From positions 390,001 to 422,000 of the forward strand of contig JBAZVE010000001.1 of assembly GCA_041661045.1 (NCBI GenBank): a stretch of 32,000 nucleotides of DNA, written 5' to 3'. Of this stretch, positions 23,869 through 32,000 are shown piece by piece; position 1 is the first letter of the stretch, and each line of letters starts with the position of its first letter. A program made the position numbers and the translations under genes. The stretch is from Candidatus Saccharimonadota bacterium. Lineage in GTDB: Bacteria > Patescibacteriota > Gracilibacteria > UBA1369 > 2-02-FULL-48-14. Under the pieces are notes generated by a model. That model searched no databases, was not told where the DNA came from, and was given only the letters and a program-made list of their open reading frames with translations.

Positions 23869-26415
23869 TTGGCTTTTGTCAATAGCACGATGCGGCGGGT
23901 TTCGACGGGGCCTGTTAAAATGAGCTGGATGAGTACTATGGCGAAATTCTTCAGGTTTGTTTCCACTTCTTTTGAGCCCGAAAAGAAACGCGTACGGTTT
24001 GCGTATGAGATGCATTTGAAGGGTGGAAAGGTCATGCGTTTTACGGAAACGGTGGATTTGCCACGCGTGCCGCAGCTTAAAGATCTGCCGGCGGGCCTTT
24101 TGGACCGTGTGCTGGAAAGTGTGCATTTGATGCTGGGAATAAGTTATTACAAACTGTATTGCCCGGAAAAAGTGGAGATCCCGTACGCGCTCAGCAAGGA
24201 GCAGGCGGAATTTTGGACCACGATTTATAAAAAGGGCTTGGGGGAATTTGCGTATCGCAACAAGCTGGATCCGAGAAAGTTTGCGAAATTTCCATTCAAA
24301 AAGAGCGCGCGGCCGGAGGCGGTGGATTTTCCACGGAAGGACCGGAGTTTACTTGGAATTGGAGGGGGCAAAGACTCGATTGTGGCCGGGGAACTTTTGA
24401 AAGAAGCGGGCAAGGATTTTGATGCTTTTTTGGCGGACACCGAGCGCTCTTCACCCATCGTTTCCGCGGTGGTAAAAATAATGGGAGTGAAATCTTTGAG
24501 TTTGATGCGGCACCTGGATCCGCAGGTTTTTGAAGCGCATCCGGGAGCTCTCAACGGCCATGTCCCCATTTCGGGTGTGTTTGCGTTTTTGGGCCTTTTG
24601 GCTGCTGTTTTGTACGATTACCGATATGTCGTGGTGGGCAATGAGCAGAGCAGCAATTTTGGGAATGTGCAGTACAAGGGAATGGAAGTGAATCACCAAT
24701 GGAGTAAATCGGAGGAATTTGAGGCCCTGCTGCAAGGCTATACGCGGGATTTTTTGACTCCGGACATCACTTATTTTTCTTTGTTGCGGCCGTTTTATGA
24801 AATCCGGATTGCGGAAATGTTTGTGCGCTATCCTCAATATTTTCCTGTGTTCAGCAGTTGCAATCGAAGTTTTAGGGTACATAAGGCTAGGCCAACAGAC
24901 AGGAAGACTGGACTGATAGACAGGGAGACTGGGCTTCGCCCAGTATGGTGTTGTGAATGTGCCAAGTGTGTCTTTGTCTTTACGATGCTCTCCGCTTTTT
25001 TGAGCAAAAAAGATTTACTTAAAATTTTTGGGAAAGATTTGTACGAAGACAAGGCCCTGGAGCCTCTCTTTAAAGATCTGCTTGGAGAGGGCACGATGAA
25101 ACCCTTTGACTGTGTGGGGACTTTTGAAGAGATGCGGGCGGCGTATGCGATGGCAAAGGGAGAAAATCTGAACCCCAAGGTTTTATTCAAAACTGCACCG
25201 GCGCCCACGGTTCCTGTGCCTTTCAAACTTCTGGGGATGGAAAGCGTTTTGATTTTGGGCTATGGCCGCGAAGGCAAGGTGACTCATGAATTCTTAAGGC
25301 AACGCTACCCCAAACTCAGCATCGGTGTGGGAGATCGCGACCTCGACCCCAATTATTTACTCCGTCAGGAAGATTTTGATTTTGTCGTTAAAACGCCCGG
25401 CATCCCCCGTGCCATGGTGACGCGCCCCTACACCACGGCCAGTAATTTGTTCTTTGCCGAAAAGCCCGGCTTGGTGATTGGAGTGACCGGCAGCAAGGGG
25501 AAGAGCACCACGGCTTCTTTAATTGCGCATCTTTTGGAAACGAGCGGCAAGCGGGTCCATTTATTGGGGAATATTGGTAAGCCCATGCTCTCTGCTTTGA
25601 TGGAAAAATCTAAGGGAATATTTGTACTTGAACTGTCCAGTTACCAATTGGAGGATTTGGAATATTCACCCGACATTGCCGTGGTCACCAATCTTTTCCC
25701 CGAACACATGAACTATCATGGCGGCCTGGAGAATTATTATGGGGCAAAGAGTCGCTGTATTCGATTCATGCGCAATGGTTCACACTTTATCTACAATCCA
25801 AAAGTCCGTTTGATTAAAGGCTGGCAGACCCGAGCACAACGGGTTCCTTTCACCACCCAGTTGCCTCTTAAGGATTCGGAGATCCCCCTGCTCGGCCAGC
25901 ACAACCGCGACAATGTTCGGGCGGCGGTTACGGCTTCGCGATTGCTTGGGGTTTCTGAGACCACGATTAAAAAGGGGATACTCTCGTTCAAGCCCCTGTC
26001 CCATCGTTTGGAGTTTGTGGGAGAGTTCAACGGAATTCGTTTTTATGACGATGCCATTTCCACCACGCCGGAGTCCACCATCATGGCGCTGAAGGCCCTC
26101 AAAAAAGTGGACACCATCTTCTTGGGCGGCGAGGACCGAGGCTATGATTTTTCTGAACTGGAAAAAGTTTTACGACGGATGAAGGTGCGGAACATTGTGC
26201 TCTTCCCAAAAACAGGAGATCGAATGCTCAAAAGTCGAGAGGGTTTTATGATCTTTGAGACGCAGAAAATGAATAAGGCCGTGCAATTTGCCTATGCCGC
26301 CACTCAGCCGGGGAAAATATGTTTACTTTCTTGTGCTTCTCCCAGTTATAGCCTGTGGAAAGACTTTGAGGACAAGGGGGAGGACTTTAAAAATTGCGTG
26401 CAAAATTTGGCGTGA
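23869..26415 (+). CDS. murD: fusion protein: N-terminal ~440-aa PP-loop (SGGxDS-like) domain plus C-terminal UDP-N-acetylmuramoyl-L-alanine--glutamate ligase (MurD)
   Basis: N-terminal part has LLGIGGGKDSIVAGELL (PP-loop) and WCCECAKC. C-terminal part from MESVLILGYGREG has the Mur-ligase P-loop VIGVTGSKGKSTTASL, NLFPEHMNYHG, GQHNRDN and HRLEFVGEFNGIRFYDDAISTTPEST. True start is uncertain (TTG 23869 or ATGs at 23890-23938). Confidence 0.8.
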   Translation: MAFVNSTMRRVSTGPVKMSWMSTMAKFFRFVSTSFEPEKKRVRFAYEMHLKGGKVMRFTETVDLPRVPQLKDLPAGLLDRVLESVHLMLGISYYKLYCPEKVEIPYALSKEQAEFWTTIYKKGLGEFAYRNKLDPRKFAKFPFKKSARPEAVDFPRKDRSLLGIGGGKDSIVAGELLKEAGKDFDAFLADTERSSPIVSAVVKIMGVKSLSLMRHLDPQVFEAHPGALNGHVPISGVFAFLGLLAAVLYDYRYVVVGNEQSSNFGNVQYKGMEVNHQWSKSEEFEALLQGYTRDFLTPDITYFSLLRPFYEIRIAEMFVRYPQYFPVFSSCNRSFRVHKARPTDRKTGLIDRETGLRPVWCCECAKCVFVFTMLSAFLSKKDLLKIFGKDLYEDKALEPLFKDLLGEGTMKPFDCVGTFEEMRAAYAMAKGENLNPKVLFKTAPAPTVPVPFKLLGMESVLILGYGREGKVTHEFLRQRYPKLSIGVGDRDLDPNYLLRQEDFDFVVKTPGIPRAMVTRPYTTASNLFFAEKPGLVIGVTGSKGKSTTASLIAHLLETSGKRVHLLGNIGKPMLSALMEKSKGIFVLELSSYQLEDLEYSPDIAVVTNLFPEHMNYHGGLENYYGAKSRCIRFMRNGSHFIYNPKVRLIKGWQTRAQRVPFTTQLPLKDSEIPLLGQHNRDNVRAAVTASRLLGVSETTIKKGILSFKPLSHRLEFVGEFNGIRFYDDAISTTPESTIMALKALKKVDTIFLGGEDRGYDFSELEKVLRRMKVRNIVLFPKTGDRMLKSREGFMIFETQKMNKAVQFAYAATQPGKICLLSCASPSYSLWKDFEDKGEDFKNCVQNLA

Positions 26416-26424
26416 TGTGCTTTA

Positions 26425-27210
26425 ATGGGGATATCTAACCACCCCATTATGGCAGAAAGAAATACTTATGATCTTTCGAATCGTGTTTTTACCTTGCTCG
26501 CCGTTATTGGCGCCGCTTTGGTTCTGTTTTGGCTCTTTAGAATTTCTGAAATTTGGACCTCGGTTACCGGTAATTATGTGCGGGAAATTTCTGTAGAAGC
26601 GGAGGGCAGCGCCTTTGTGGTTCCCGACACCGCTGTGATTCAACTTGGAGTGACCACCGATGGGGAGACCTCCGAAGGAGTGGTGGCCGCCAATACCGAA
26701 AAAATGAATGCGGTGATGGATGCCATAAAGAGTCTTGGCATTGAAGACGCCGACATCAAAACCACCGGCTACAACTTGAGTCCCAAGTACAATTGGACGG
26801 ACGAAGGCCAGGAAGAAGATGGCTACACCCTCAGCCAAACGGTGGAAGTACGGCTTGGAGATTTCAGCCAAATTGGAACGCTCATCAGCAAGGCCAGTGC
26901 CGCCGGGGCCAATACGATTGGCAGTGTGGCCTTTGAAGTGGATGATTCTGAGTCTGCAAAATCCATGGCGAGAGAGGAGGCTATTGCCGCCGCCAAAGCC
27001 AAGGCAGAGCAAATTGCGAAGCAGAGTGGTCTGAGATTGGGACGAATGGTGAGCTACTACGAATACTCCAACTATTACGATGGAAAGGGGGCCTACTATG
27101 CGGAAAGCATGTCTGATGAGGTCGGTATGGGCGGCGGCGCCGTTCCCAGCATTGAACCGGGTGAGGAAGAGATTTCCCTCACGGTAACGCTGAACTACCA
27201 GATTCGGTAG
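26425..27210 (+). CDS. SIMPL-domain (DUF541) periplasmic/immunogenic protein
   Basis: N-terminal TM. VPDTAVIQLGVTT...NTEKMNAVMDAIKSLGIEDADIKTTGYNLSPKY...GYTLSQTVEVRL...ASAAGANTIGSVAFEV...AREEAIAAAKAKAEQIA is the typical SIMPL pattern. Confidence 0.85.
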   Translation: MGISNHPIMAERNTYDLSNRVFTLLAVIGAALVLFWLFRISEIWTSVTGNYVREISVEAEGSAFVVPDTAVIQLGVTTDGETSEGVVAANTEKMNAVMDAIKSLGIEDADIKTTGYNLSPKYNWTDEGQEEDGYTLSQTVEVRLGDFSQIGTLISKASAAGANTIGSVAFEVDDSESAKSMAREEAIAAAKAKAEQIAKQSGLRLGRMVSYYEYSNYYDGKGAYYAESMSDEVGMGGGAVPSIEPGEEEISLTVTLNYQIR

Positions 27211-27234
27211 TAAGATTCTAGATTGGAAACAAAG

Positions 27235-27258
27235 ATGCCGCTTGCGCGGCGTTTTTGT
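27235..27258 (+). terminator. rho-independent terminator of the SIMPL gene
   Basis: Stem GCCGC/GCGGC (27237-27241 / 27246-27250) with loop TTGC, followed by GTTTTTGTTT. Confidence 0.65.
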
Positions 27259-27329
27259 TTAGCAAACCCTTGGGTAGCAAGGAGTCCCGCTAAGCGGGAC
27301 GGCTTTTATAGGCTCACCTGCGGTGAGTA

Positions 27330-27415
27330 TGGTGCACTCGAGAAGACTTGAACTTCCACCCGCGTGAGCGGACACGGTTCTGAACCGTGCGCGTCTACCA
27401 TTCCGCCACGAGTGC
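27330..27415 (-). tRNA. tRNA-Leu (anticodon CAG), CCA encoded
   Basis: Minus strand: acceptor GCACTCG/CGAGTGC, D arm GCG-GAATGGTAGA-CGC, anticodon stem CACGG/CCGTG with loop TTCAGAA, long variable arm CCGC-TCAC-GCGG, T loop TTCAAGT, ACCA end. 86 nt. Confidence 0.93.
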
Positions 27416-27456
27416 TTAACAAACCCTTCAGGTCTGCTTGGCGCAGCATACCCCTC

Positions 27457-27485
27457 TAGGAAATTTCCTGCAAATCTGTTATAAT
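27457..27485 (+). promoter_or_regulatory. extended -10 promoter candidate with overlapping 12-bp palindrome
   Basis: TAGGAA, 17-nt spacer, TGtTATAAT (-10 at 27480-27485). The perfect palindrome AGGAAATTTCCT (27458-27469) overlaps the -35 region. Confidence 0.5.
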
Positions 27486-27508
27486 GAGAAGATGATTTTG
27501 TAGAACCT

Positions 27509-28432
27509 ATGCTCAACCTTCTTCTCTTTTTTGTCTCTCTGTTTCTTGTCATCAAGAGCGCGGACTCTGCGATCCTTTATTCTTCCAAACTGGCGACCTC
27601 GCTCAAGCTTTCCAAGCATATTGTGGGATTCTTGATCGTGGCGGCCATTTCCGTGCTTCCCGAAACCCTTATTTCCATCCAATCGGCCCTACAAGGCATC
27701 CCTTCTTTTGGGGTGGGTACGCTTTTTGGTTCCAATGTGGCAGACCTGAGTTTGGTGTTTGTGCTGGTGCTGCTTTTTGCGGGCAAAGGCCTTAAGGTGG
27801 AAAGTAAAACTTTAAAAGATCAGTATTGGTACTTTTTGGCCTTGGCGGTGCCGCTGGCCTTGGGTTACAACGGTTACTATTCTCGCCTCGAAGGGCTCCT
27901 GCTTATCCTGACCGGCCTTTGCTTCCATGTTCATGCCTTGAATCGTAACAAGGGCTCGATCAAAAAAGTGCGAGCGGAGTTCTCCTTTAAAACCCTGTTC
28001 CTGCTCCTTGCAAGTATGGTGGTTTTATTGGTGGGCTCTCACTTCACCGTGGAATCCGGCGTGGCGTTGGCGGACACTCTCAATTTGAACCCCGCTTTGG
28101 TGGGAATGTTTATTGTGGGTCTTGGAACCACTTTGCCGGAGACGCTTTTTGCCATCAAGGCGGCGCGACATCATTACGATTCCCTGGCTCTTGGAGATAT
28201 TTTGGGTACCGTGCTGACCGATGCCACGATCGTGGTGGGTCTTGTGGCCCTCATCAAGCCCTTTGCCTTTGATGAACGGTTGGTGCATTTGACGGGGCTC
28301 TTTATGCTCACCGGAGCGGTGCTTTTGTTCACCTTTATGCAGAGTGGCCGCAAGCTTGAGAAAAAAGAGGGGATCTTTCTGTTTGTCTTTTATGCTCTTT
28401 TTGTATTCACTGAGTTCATAACAGGAAAATAA
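27509..28432 (+). CDS. Ca2+/cation antiporter (CaCA, YrbG-like sodium/calcium exchanger family)
   Basis: Two alpha-repeats: SVLPETLISIQSA...GSNVADLSLV and GLGTTLPETLFAIKAA...GDILGTVLTDATIVVG. About 10 TM segments. Confidence 0.85.
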   Translation: MLNLLLFFVSLFLVIKSADSAILYSSKLATSLKLSKHIVGFLIVAAISVLPETLISIQSALQGIPSFGVGTLFGSNVADLSLVFVLVLLFAGKGLKVESKTLKDQYWYFLALAVPLALGYNGYYSRLEGLLLILTGLCFHVHALNRNKGSIKKVRAEFSFKTLFLLLASMVVLLVGSHFTVESGVALADTLNLNPALVGMFIVGLGTTLPETLFAIKAARHHYDSLALGDILGTVLTDATIVVGLVALIKPFAFDERLVHLTGLFMLTGAVLLFTFMQSGRKLEKKEGIFLFVFYALFVFTEFITGK

Positions 28433-28433
28433 T

Positions 28434-29186
28434 ATGGATTTTCAGGAGGCTGTCCGCCGGATTGAGGAACGGGGGGATTACAATCGCTATGCCGATGTGA
28501 AACCTTTTTTTGAAGAGGAATTGAAGCGACTTCCAAAAGACAGTCATATTGAGCGAGCACTGTGCTATTACTACTTGCTGGCCAGTTACCTGAAGGCTCA
28601 GCTGGTGAGTGAAACGGTGGAGAGCATTGATTTTTATGAACGGATGGATGAAGCATTCATGGCTCAAGAAGAGGAGTTCCGCAAGGATAAGAAGCGATTC
28701 TCCGCCACGGAGATTCCGGATTTTTACCAACTGATGGAACGGTGCTATGGCTCTTTGGAGTTTTTGTATGAGCGACACAACTTTAAGCTTCGGGAGCATT
28801 TTGCGTATTTGCAGAAAATGCGATTTAGGAAGAAATCTTACCTTTATGCCCGCCGATTCGTTGCGTATGGCGAATATGTCTTCTTTGAGCTGACGAGTGG
28901 CTACGGAAACAGCCTTTTGCGTTGGGCCGGAACCACGGTGAGCTTTGTCTTGTTTTTTGCCCTTCTCTACTGGAGCATTGATGCCTTAAGGGAAGAGCGG
29001 ATGATTGCCCCCGGGCTTGCTCATCTTTTTGATTACTTTTACTTTTCTGCGGTGGTCACCACCACGCTGGGACTGGGAGACATTGTCCCCTTGAGTGAAC
29101 TCGACAAATTTCTGATGAGTGTGCAGAGCTTGAGCGGATTCTTGATGCTGGGTATTTTTGTGGGAATGCTGCAGCGCAAGTTTTAA
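28434..29186 (+). CDS. K+-channel-like ion channel (2TM pore) with N-terminal cytosolic helical domain
   Basis: C-terminal TM - pore helix - VVTTTLGLGDIVP (selectivity-filter-like TxGxGD) - TM. Start is 1 nt after the upstream stop. Confidence 0.7.
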   Translation: MDFQEAVRRIEERGDYNRYADVKPFFEEELKRLPKDSHIERALCYYYLLASYLKAQLVSETVESIDFYERMDEAFMAQEEEFRKDKKRFSATEIPDFYQLMERCYGSLEFLYERHNFKLREHFAYLQKMRFRKKSYLYARRFVAYGEYVFFELTSGYGNSLLRWAGTTVSFVLFFALLYWSIDALREERMIAPGLAHLFDYFYFSAVVTTTLGLGDIVPLSELDKFLMSVQSLSGFLMLGIFVGMLQRKF

Positions 29187-29237
29187 AAAGGAGCGACCAC
29201 TCTGTCGCCCCTCTTTGTGTCTTGATTGAATTCTTTT

Positions 29238-29906
29238 CTACAAAAGCAGCCAAAGCACCGGCTGTAAGGCCACGATGCCCAAGAGCAATCCGATGGCGAT
29301 ATTCTTGTTGAAGCGTTCTCCCTTAAGTTCGTGTTCCATCATTTGTACGGATTCTTCTTGGCGTTTGATTTTTCCATCGATGAGGTGTGCTTGTTCACGG
29401 ACCAATTCTTCTTTTTCGTGGTATTCTAGAAGGGGAACGGAATGCTTCATTTGAGTCTCCAATTGCCCAAGACGGTAGTTGGCGGATTCCAGCTTGTTGT
29501 GGTATTCGCGGACTTCTCTTCGGGACAGATCGTAGAGTTCTTCGAAGACTTGCTCTCGTGCGCTGTGCTGAGTGAGTGCTCCGGTTTCCATTGGAATGGG
29601 CTTTTCGATCGTCTCCTCAATTTCCCCGGTTTCGGCATCAAAGATGGCTTGCGTTTCGCGCGCGGCGCTGCCATCCACATGACGGTGAGCCCGTCCAGGA
29701 ACCTCCGGAGAAGCTCCGTGCATGTTCTGGAACTGAGACACTTTTAAGTTGTTGAGTTCTTCTTCCGAGAGCAAAATGCTTCCTCCTTTTTTGCGGGCGG
29801 AGAGCCGTTTGTTTCGAATATAACGGTCGATTGTGCGAGTGGAGACATCAAGAAGATCTGCCGCCTGCTTGCGCGTGAGGGTGAACTTTGGGTTTTGTAC
29901 ATTCAT
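29238..29906 (-). CDS. helix-turn-helix (excisionase/MerR-like) DNA-binding protein with coiled coil and C-terminal TM anchor
   Basis: LTRKQAADLLDVSTRTIDRYIRNKRLSARKKGG is HTH_17-like. C-terminal IAIGLLLGIVALQPVLWLLL. ATG 29906 preferred over TTG 29957. Confidence 0.6.
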   Translation of the reverse strand: MNVQNPKFTLTRKQAADLLDVSTRTIDRYIRNKRLSARKKGGSILLSEEELNNLKVSQFQNMHGASPEVPGRAHRHVDGSAARETQAIFDAETGEIEETIEKPIPMETGALTQHSAREQVFEELYDLSRREVREYHNKLESANYRLGQLETQMKHSVPLLEYHEKEELVREQAHLIDGKIKRQEESVQMMEHELKGERFNKNIAIGLLLGIVALQPVLWLLL

Positions 29907-30048
29907 GGTGGCGTGGGGTGAAGGATGCCGCTTACTGTCTACTTTGTAGCTTAACAAAGGCTGTCCACTTTGACTATATTTTTACCTGGGCTTGCTCTTG
30001 CGGAGACACTGATTTGATGCCGAAACATATCTGGTTTATACTGCGGTC

Positions 30049-30474
30049 ATGATTGAACTTATCTTTGCCAATGAGGCAAATGACGCCATTGATGCCCACA
30101 TATTTGAGACGCTTTTGGCGAGGCTCCCGGAAGTGATGGGGCGCTTGGATTATGAGGACCTTGAACTTTTGCTCACGGATGACTCGACCATTCACGCCCT
30201 CAATAAACAGTATCGTGGAAAAGACAGACCTACAGATGTCTTGTCTTTCTCTTTAGAAGACCCTGTCCACTTGGGCCAGTTGGTCATTTCTGTGGATCGA
30301 GCACGAGAGCAGGCCGAGCAGATTGGACAGTCTTTGGAGGAAGAACTTCGGTTCTTGTTTGCCCACGGTGTTTTGCACCTTTTGGGCTACGATCATGAAG
30401 AGCCCGAGGAAGAAAAGGAGATGCTCGAAAAAACTTATGCACTTTTGGGGAGGTCCGTTTTGGGTCAACCCTGA
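30049..30474 (+). CDS. ybeY: rRNA maturation endoribonuclease YbeY
   Basis: LNKQYRGKDRPTDVLSF and the zinc motif FAHGVLHLLGYDHE. Confidence 0.9.
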   Translation: MIELIFANEANDAIDAHIFETLLARLPEVMGRLDYEDLELLLTDDSTIHALNKQYRGKDRPTDVLSFSLEDPVHLGQLVISVDRAREQAEQIGQSLEEELRFLFAHGVLHLLGYDHEEPEEEKEMLEKTYALLGRSVLGQP

Positions 30475-30722
30475 ACTGGTTCGCCCAGGAGAACATTCAC
30501 AAGGGCAAAGCTAACGAGCAGAAAGACAATAGCTGCAGCAGGTACAACGCAAAAGAGTAATGCTTTTTTGAGCAAATTCTTGCGTTTCTTTTGGTCTTTT
30601 TCGATGAGCCCAATGATCAAAAAAACGGGGCATGCAACGCCAGCCACTATGGTGCTTAAAGTGATAAGGATGCCTAGACCACCGAGGATAAAATTTAGAC
30701 TGGTCAAGATGCTTTCTTTCAT
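30465..30722 (-). CDS. small two-TM membrane protein, T4SS-pilin-like
   Basis: Two TM helices separated by a basic loop. C-terminal LVSFALVNVLLG is 9/12 identical to LISFALVNTILG of the 12189 gene product. Confidence 0.5.
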   Translation of the reverse strand: MKESILTSLNFILGGLGILITLSTIVAGVACPVFLIIGLIEKDQKKRKNLLKKALLFCVVPAAAIVFLLVSFALVNVLLGEPVQG

Positions 30723-30732
30723 ATAAAAAGGG

Positions 30733-32000
30733 TTACTCCCACTCGATGGTGGCGGGGGGTTTGTTGGTGATGTCGTAGAAGACGGCGGAAATTTTTGGGT
30801 CTTGGAGGAGAGTGGCGGTCAGTTCGGCGAGCTCCGGCATGGGGAGCTGGGCAAAATGTGCGGTCATGGCTTCCTCGGAAACGATGGGGCGCAGCACCAG
30901 GGATTCTTTGCCGGGTGTATTCACGGAGAGGGGGAGCAGCACGGTGGGCATTTGCCACACTTCCCGTGCGCGGCCGATTTCTTTGAGCCAGAGCATGGCC
31001 AACTTGTCTGCTTTTTGTAGCGTTTCCACCCGGGATTGCGTGAGAGATCCGGGCGTGAAATGCAGGGCCGTGATGCCTTGAGGTGCCAGGGTGTAGAGCA
31101 CGCGATTGATTCCCGGGAAGCGATTGGTGAGCGCCGGGGCGAGTTGCGCCAGTTCTTCCCAAGTGGCGGGGCCTGAAAGGGCCAGTGGGTGACGGTAGGT
31201 TCGGAAATCACCCTGAACCCCAACGGATTTGATGGGAAGGATGCGGGCGGACAGGGCACTGTTTTTTTCTTTGAGGAAGTTTTGGATGGCGGCCTCCAAA
31301 TCTGCGGGGTGCTCGGGCCAGTCTTCCGCTTCGGCGCACAGGATGCGCACCGCCAAGCCGGGGCCCGGGAAGGGGTGGCGCCAAACAAGCGAGGCCGGGA
31401 GGCCGAGCTTTTCGCCCACTTCGCGCACTTCGTCTTTGTACAGGTCTTTGAGGGGTTCGATGACGCGGCCTTGTTTGATGAGCTCTTCTATTTCTGGCAC
31501 ACGGTTGTGGTGTGTTTTTATTTTTGAGGAATTTTTGGTGCCGCCGGATTCAATGGTGTCCGGATAAATGGTGCCCTGGCCCAAGAGCCAATGTTCCGGG
31601 TTCAGTTCCAGTTGCGCAGCCATTTTGCGTTGAATTTCCAAAAAGACGCGTCCGATGATTTCTCGTTTCTTTTCTGGTTCATGGATTCCTTCAAGGGCCT
31701 TAAAAAAGTCGTTTCTGCCATCGTAGACATGAAGGTTCTGAATGCCCTCCGCGTGCAGGGCTCCTTCCACTTCTTCTCGCTCGCCGCTGCGCATAAAGCC
31801 GGTGTCCACAAAGAGGCCGTACACTCTGTCTTGCCCCAGGGCTTTCACCAGGAGTACAAAGGCCACGGTGCTGTCCACTCCGCCACTGATGAGCATGAAG
31901 ACTTTACGGTCGCCCACTTGCTCCTGGATGGCCGCGGCCGCGTGATCCACAAAGTTGCCCAAATTCCAGTCTCGCTCCGCGCCACAAATGTCCAAAAAGT
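30733..32000 (-). CDS. guaA: GMP synthase (glutamine-hydrolysing), ATP-pyrophosphatase plus dimerisation part; 5' end outside the window
   Basis: KVFMLISGGVDSTVAFVLL (PP-loop), GLPASLVWRHPFPGPGLAVR, GVQGDFRTY, and C-terminal NKPPATIEWE. The reading frame is still open at base 32000. Confidence 0.9.
   Translation of the reverse strand, partial: FLDICGAERDWNLGNFVDHAAAAIQEQVGDRKVFMLISGGVDSTVAFVLLVKALGQDRVYGLFVDTGFMRSGEREEVEGALHAEGIQNLHVYDGRNDFFKALEGIHEPEKKREIIGRVFLEIQRKMAAQLELNPEHWLLGQGTIYPDTIESGGTKNSSKIKTHHNRVPEIEELIKQGRVIEPLKDLYKDEVREVGEKLGLPASLVWRHPFPGPGLAVRILCAEAEDWPEHPADLEAAIQNFLKEKNSALSARILPIKSVGVQGDFRTYRHPLALSGPATWEELAQLAPALTNRFPGINRVLYTLAPQGITALHFTPGSLTQSRVETLQKADKLAMLWLKEIGRAREVWQMPTVLLPLSVNTPGKESLVLRPIVSEEAMTAHFAQLPMPELAELTATLLQDPKISAVFYDITNKPPATIEWE

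Noticed and set aside
26422-27012. 196-aa minus-strand ORF
   Set aside because: It is an antisense shadow of the well-supported SIMPL gene. The same reasoning applies to 23089-23421, 24225-25226, 25780-26030 and 10458-10898, which lie opposite or inside strong CDSs.
30719-31388. 147-aa and 155-aa ORFs plus several plus-strand ORFs inside guaA
   Set aside because: They are alternative-frame or antisense ORFs in a GC-rich gene, with Arg/Pro/Ala-rich nonsense-like composition. guaA motifs occupy the real frame.
1-32000. Alternative genetic code (UGA recoding as in some CPR lineages)
   Set aside because: Under the standard code the window is tiled by long ORFs with intact conserved motifs from end to end. 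The only break, in the phosphoesterase, is explained by a homopolymer frameshift rather than an in-frame stop.

Overview
This 32-kb window looks like part of a small, gene-dense bacterial chromosome of the CPR/Patescibacteria type. That placement is an inference from the gene content: T4SS-pilin-like miniproteins, many orphan genes and weak Shine-Dalgarno usage. ORFs are long and unbroken under the standard code. All calls come from reading motifs by eye; no database search was run.

Layout:
- 1-4.2 kb: AT-richer orphan-gene cassettes, each bounded by one of four copies of a conserved ~60-80 bp intergenic repeat.
- 2.7-7.8 kb: envelope cluster of an HEXXH lipoprotein, a beta-helix protein and an O-antigen-ligase/TPR protein.
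- 7.9-10.2 kb: two orphan genes.
- 10.2-15.3 kb: GC-richer core with a frameshifted metallophosphoesterase, murB, a pilin-like protein, a PRC-barrel protein and two unknown genes.
- 15.4 to about 21-23 kb: tRNA-Pro(UGG) followed by an AT-richer integrated element. It carries a large serine recombinase, a lone small terminase, a divergent Zn-ribbon/XRE region, Excalibur and SEC-C proteins, and a two-gene TIR-like plus small multi-TM operon. I consider that operon the best candidate for an undescribed defence module.
- 21.2-23.2 kb: an ATP-grasp gene and a PAP2-like gene preceded by a promoter / leader ORF / three-arm terminator-antiterminator structure.
- 23.2-32 kb: core genes, namely thermonuclease, an 848-aa PP-loop-domain::MurD fusion, a SIMPL protein, tRNA-Leu(CAG), a CaCA exchanger, a K+-channel-like protein, an HTH protein, ybeY, a second pilin-like miniprotein and 5'-truncated guaA.

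No rRNA, CRISPR array or cas gene was seen.
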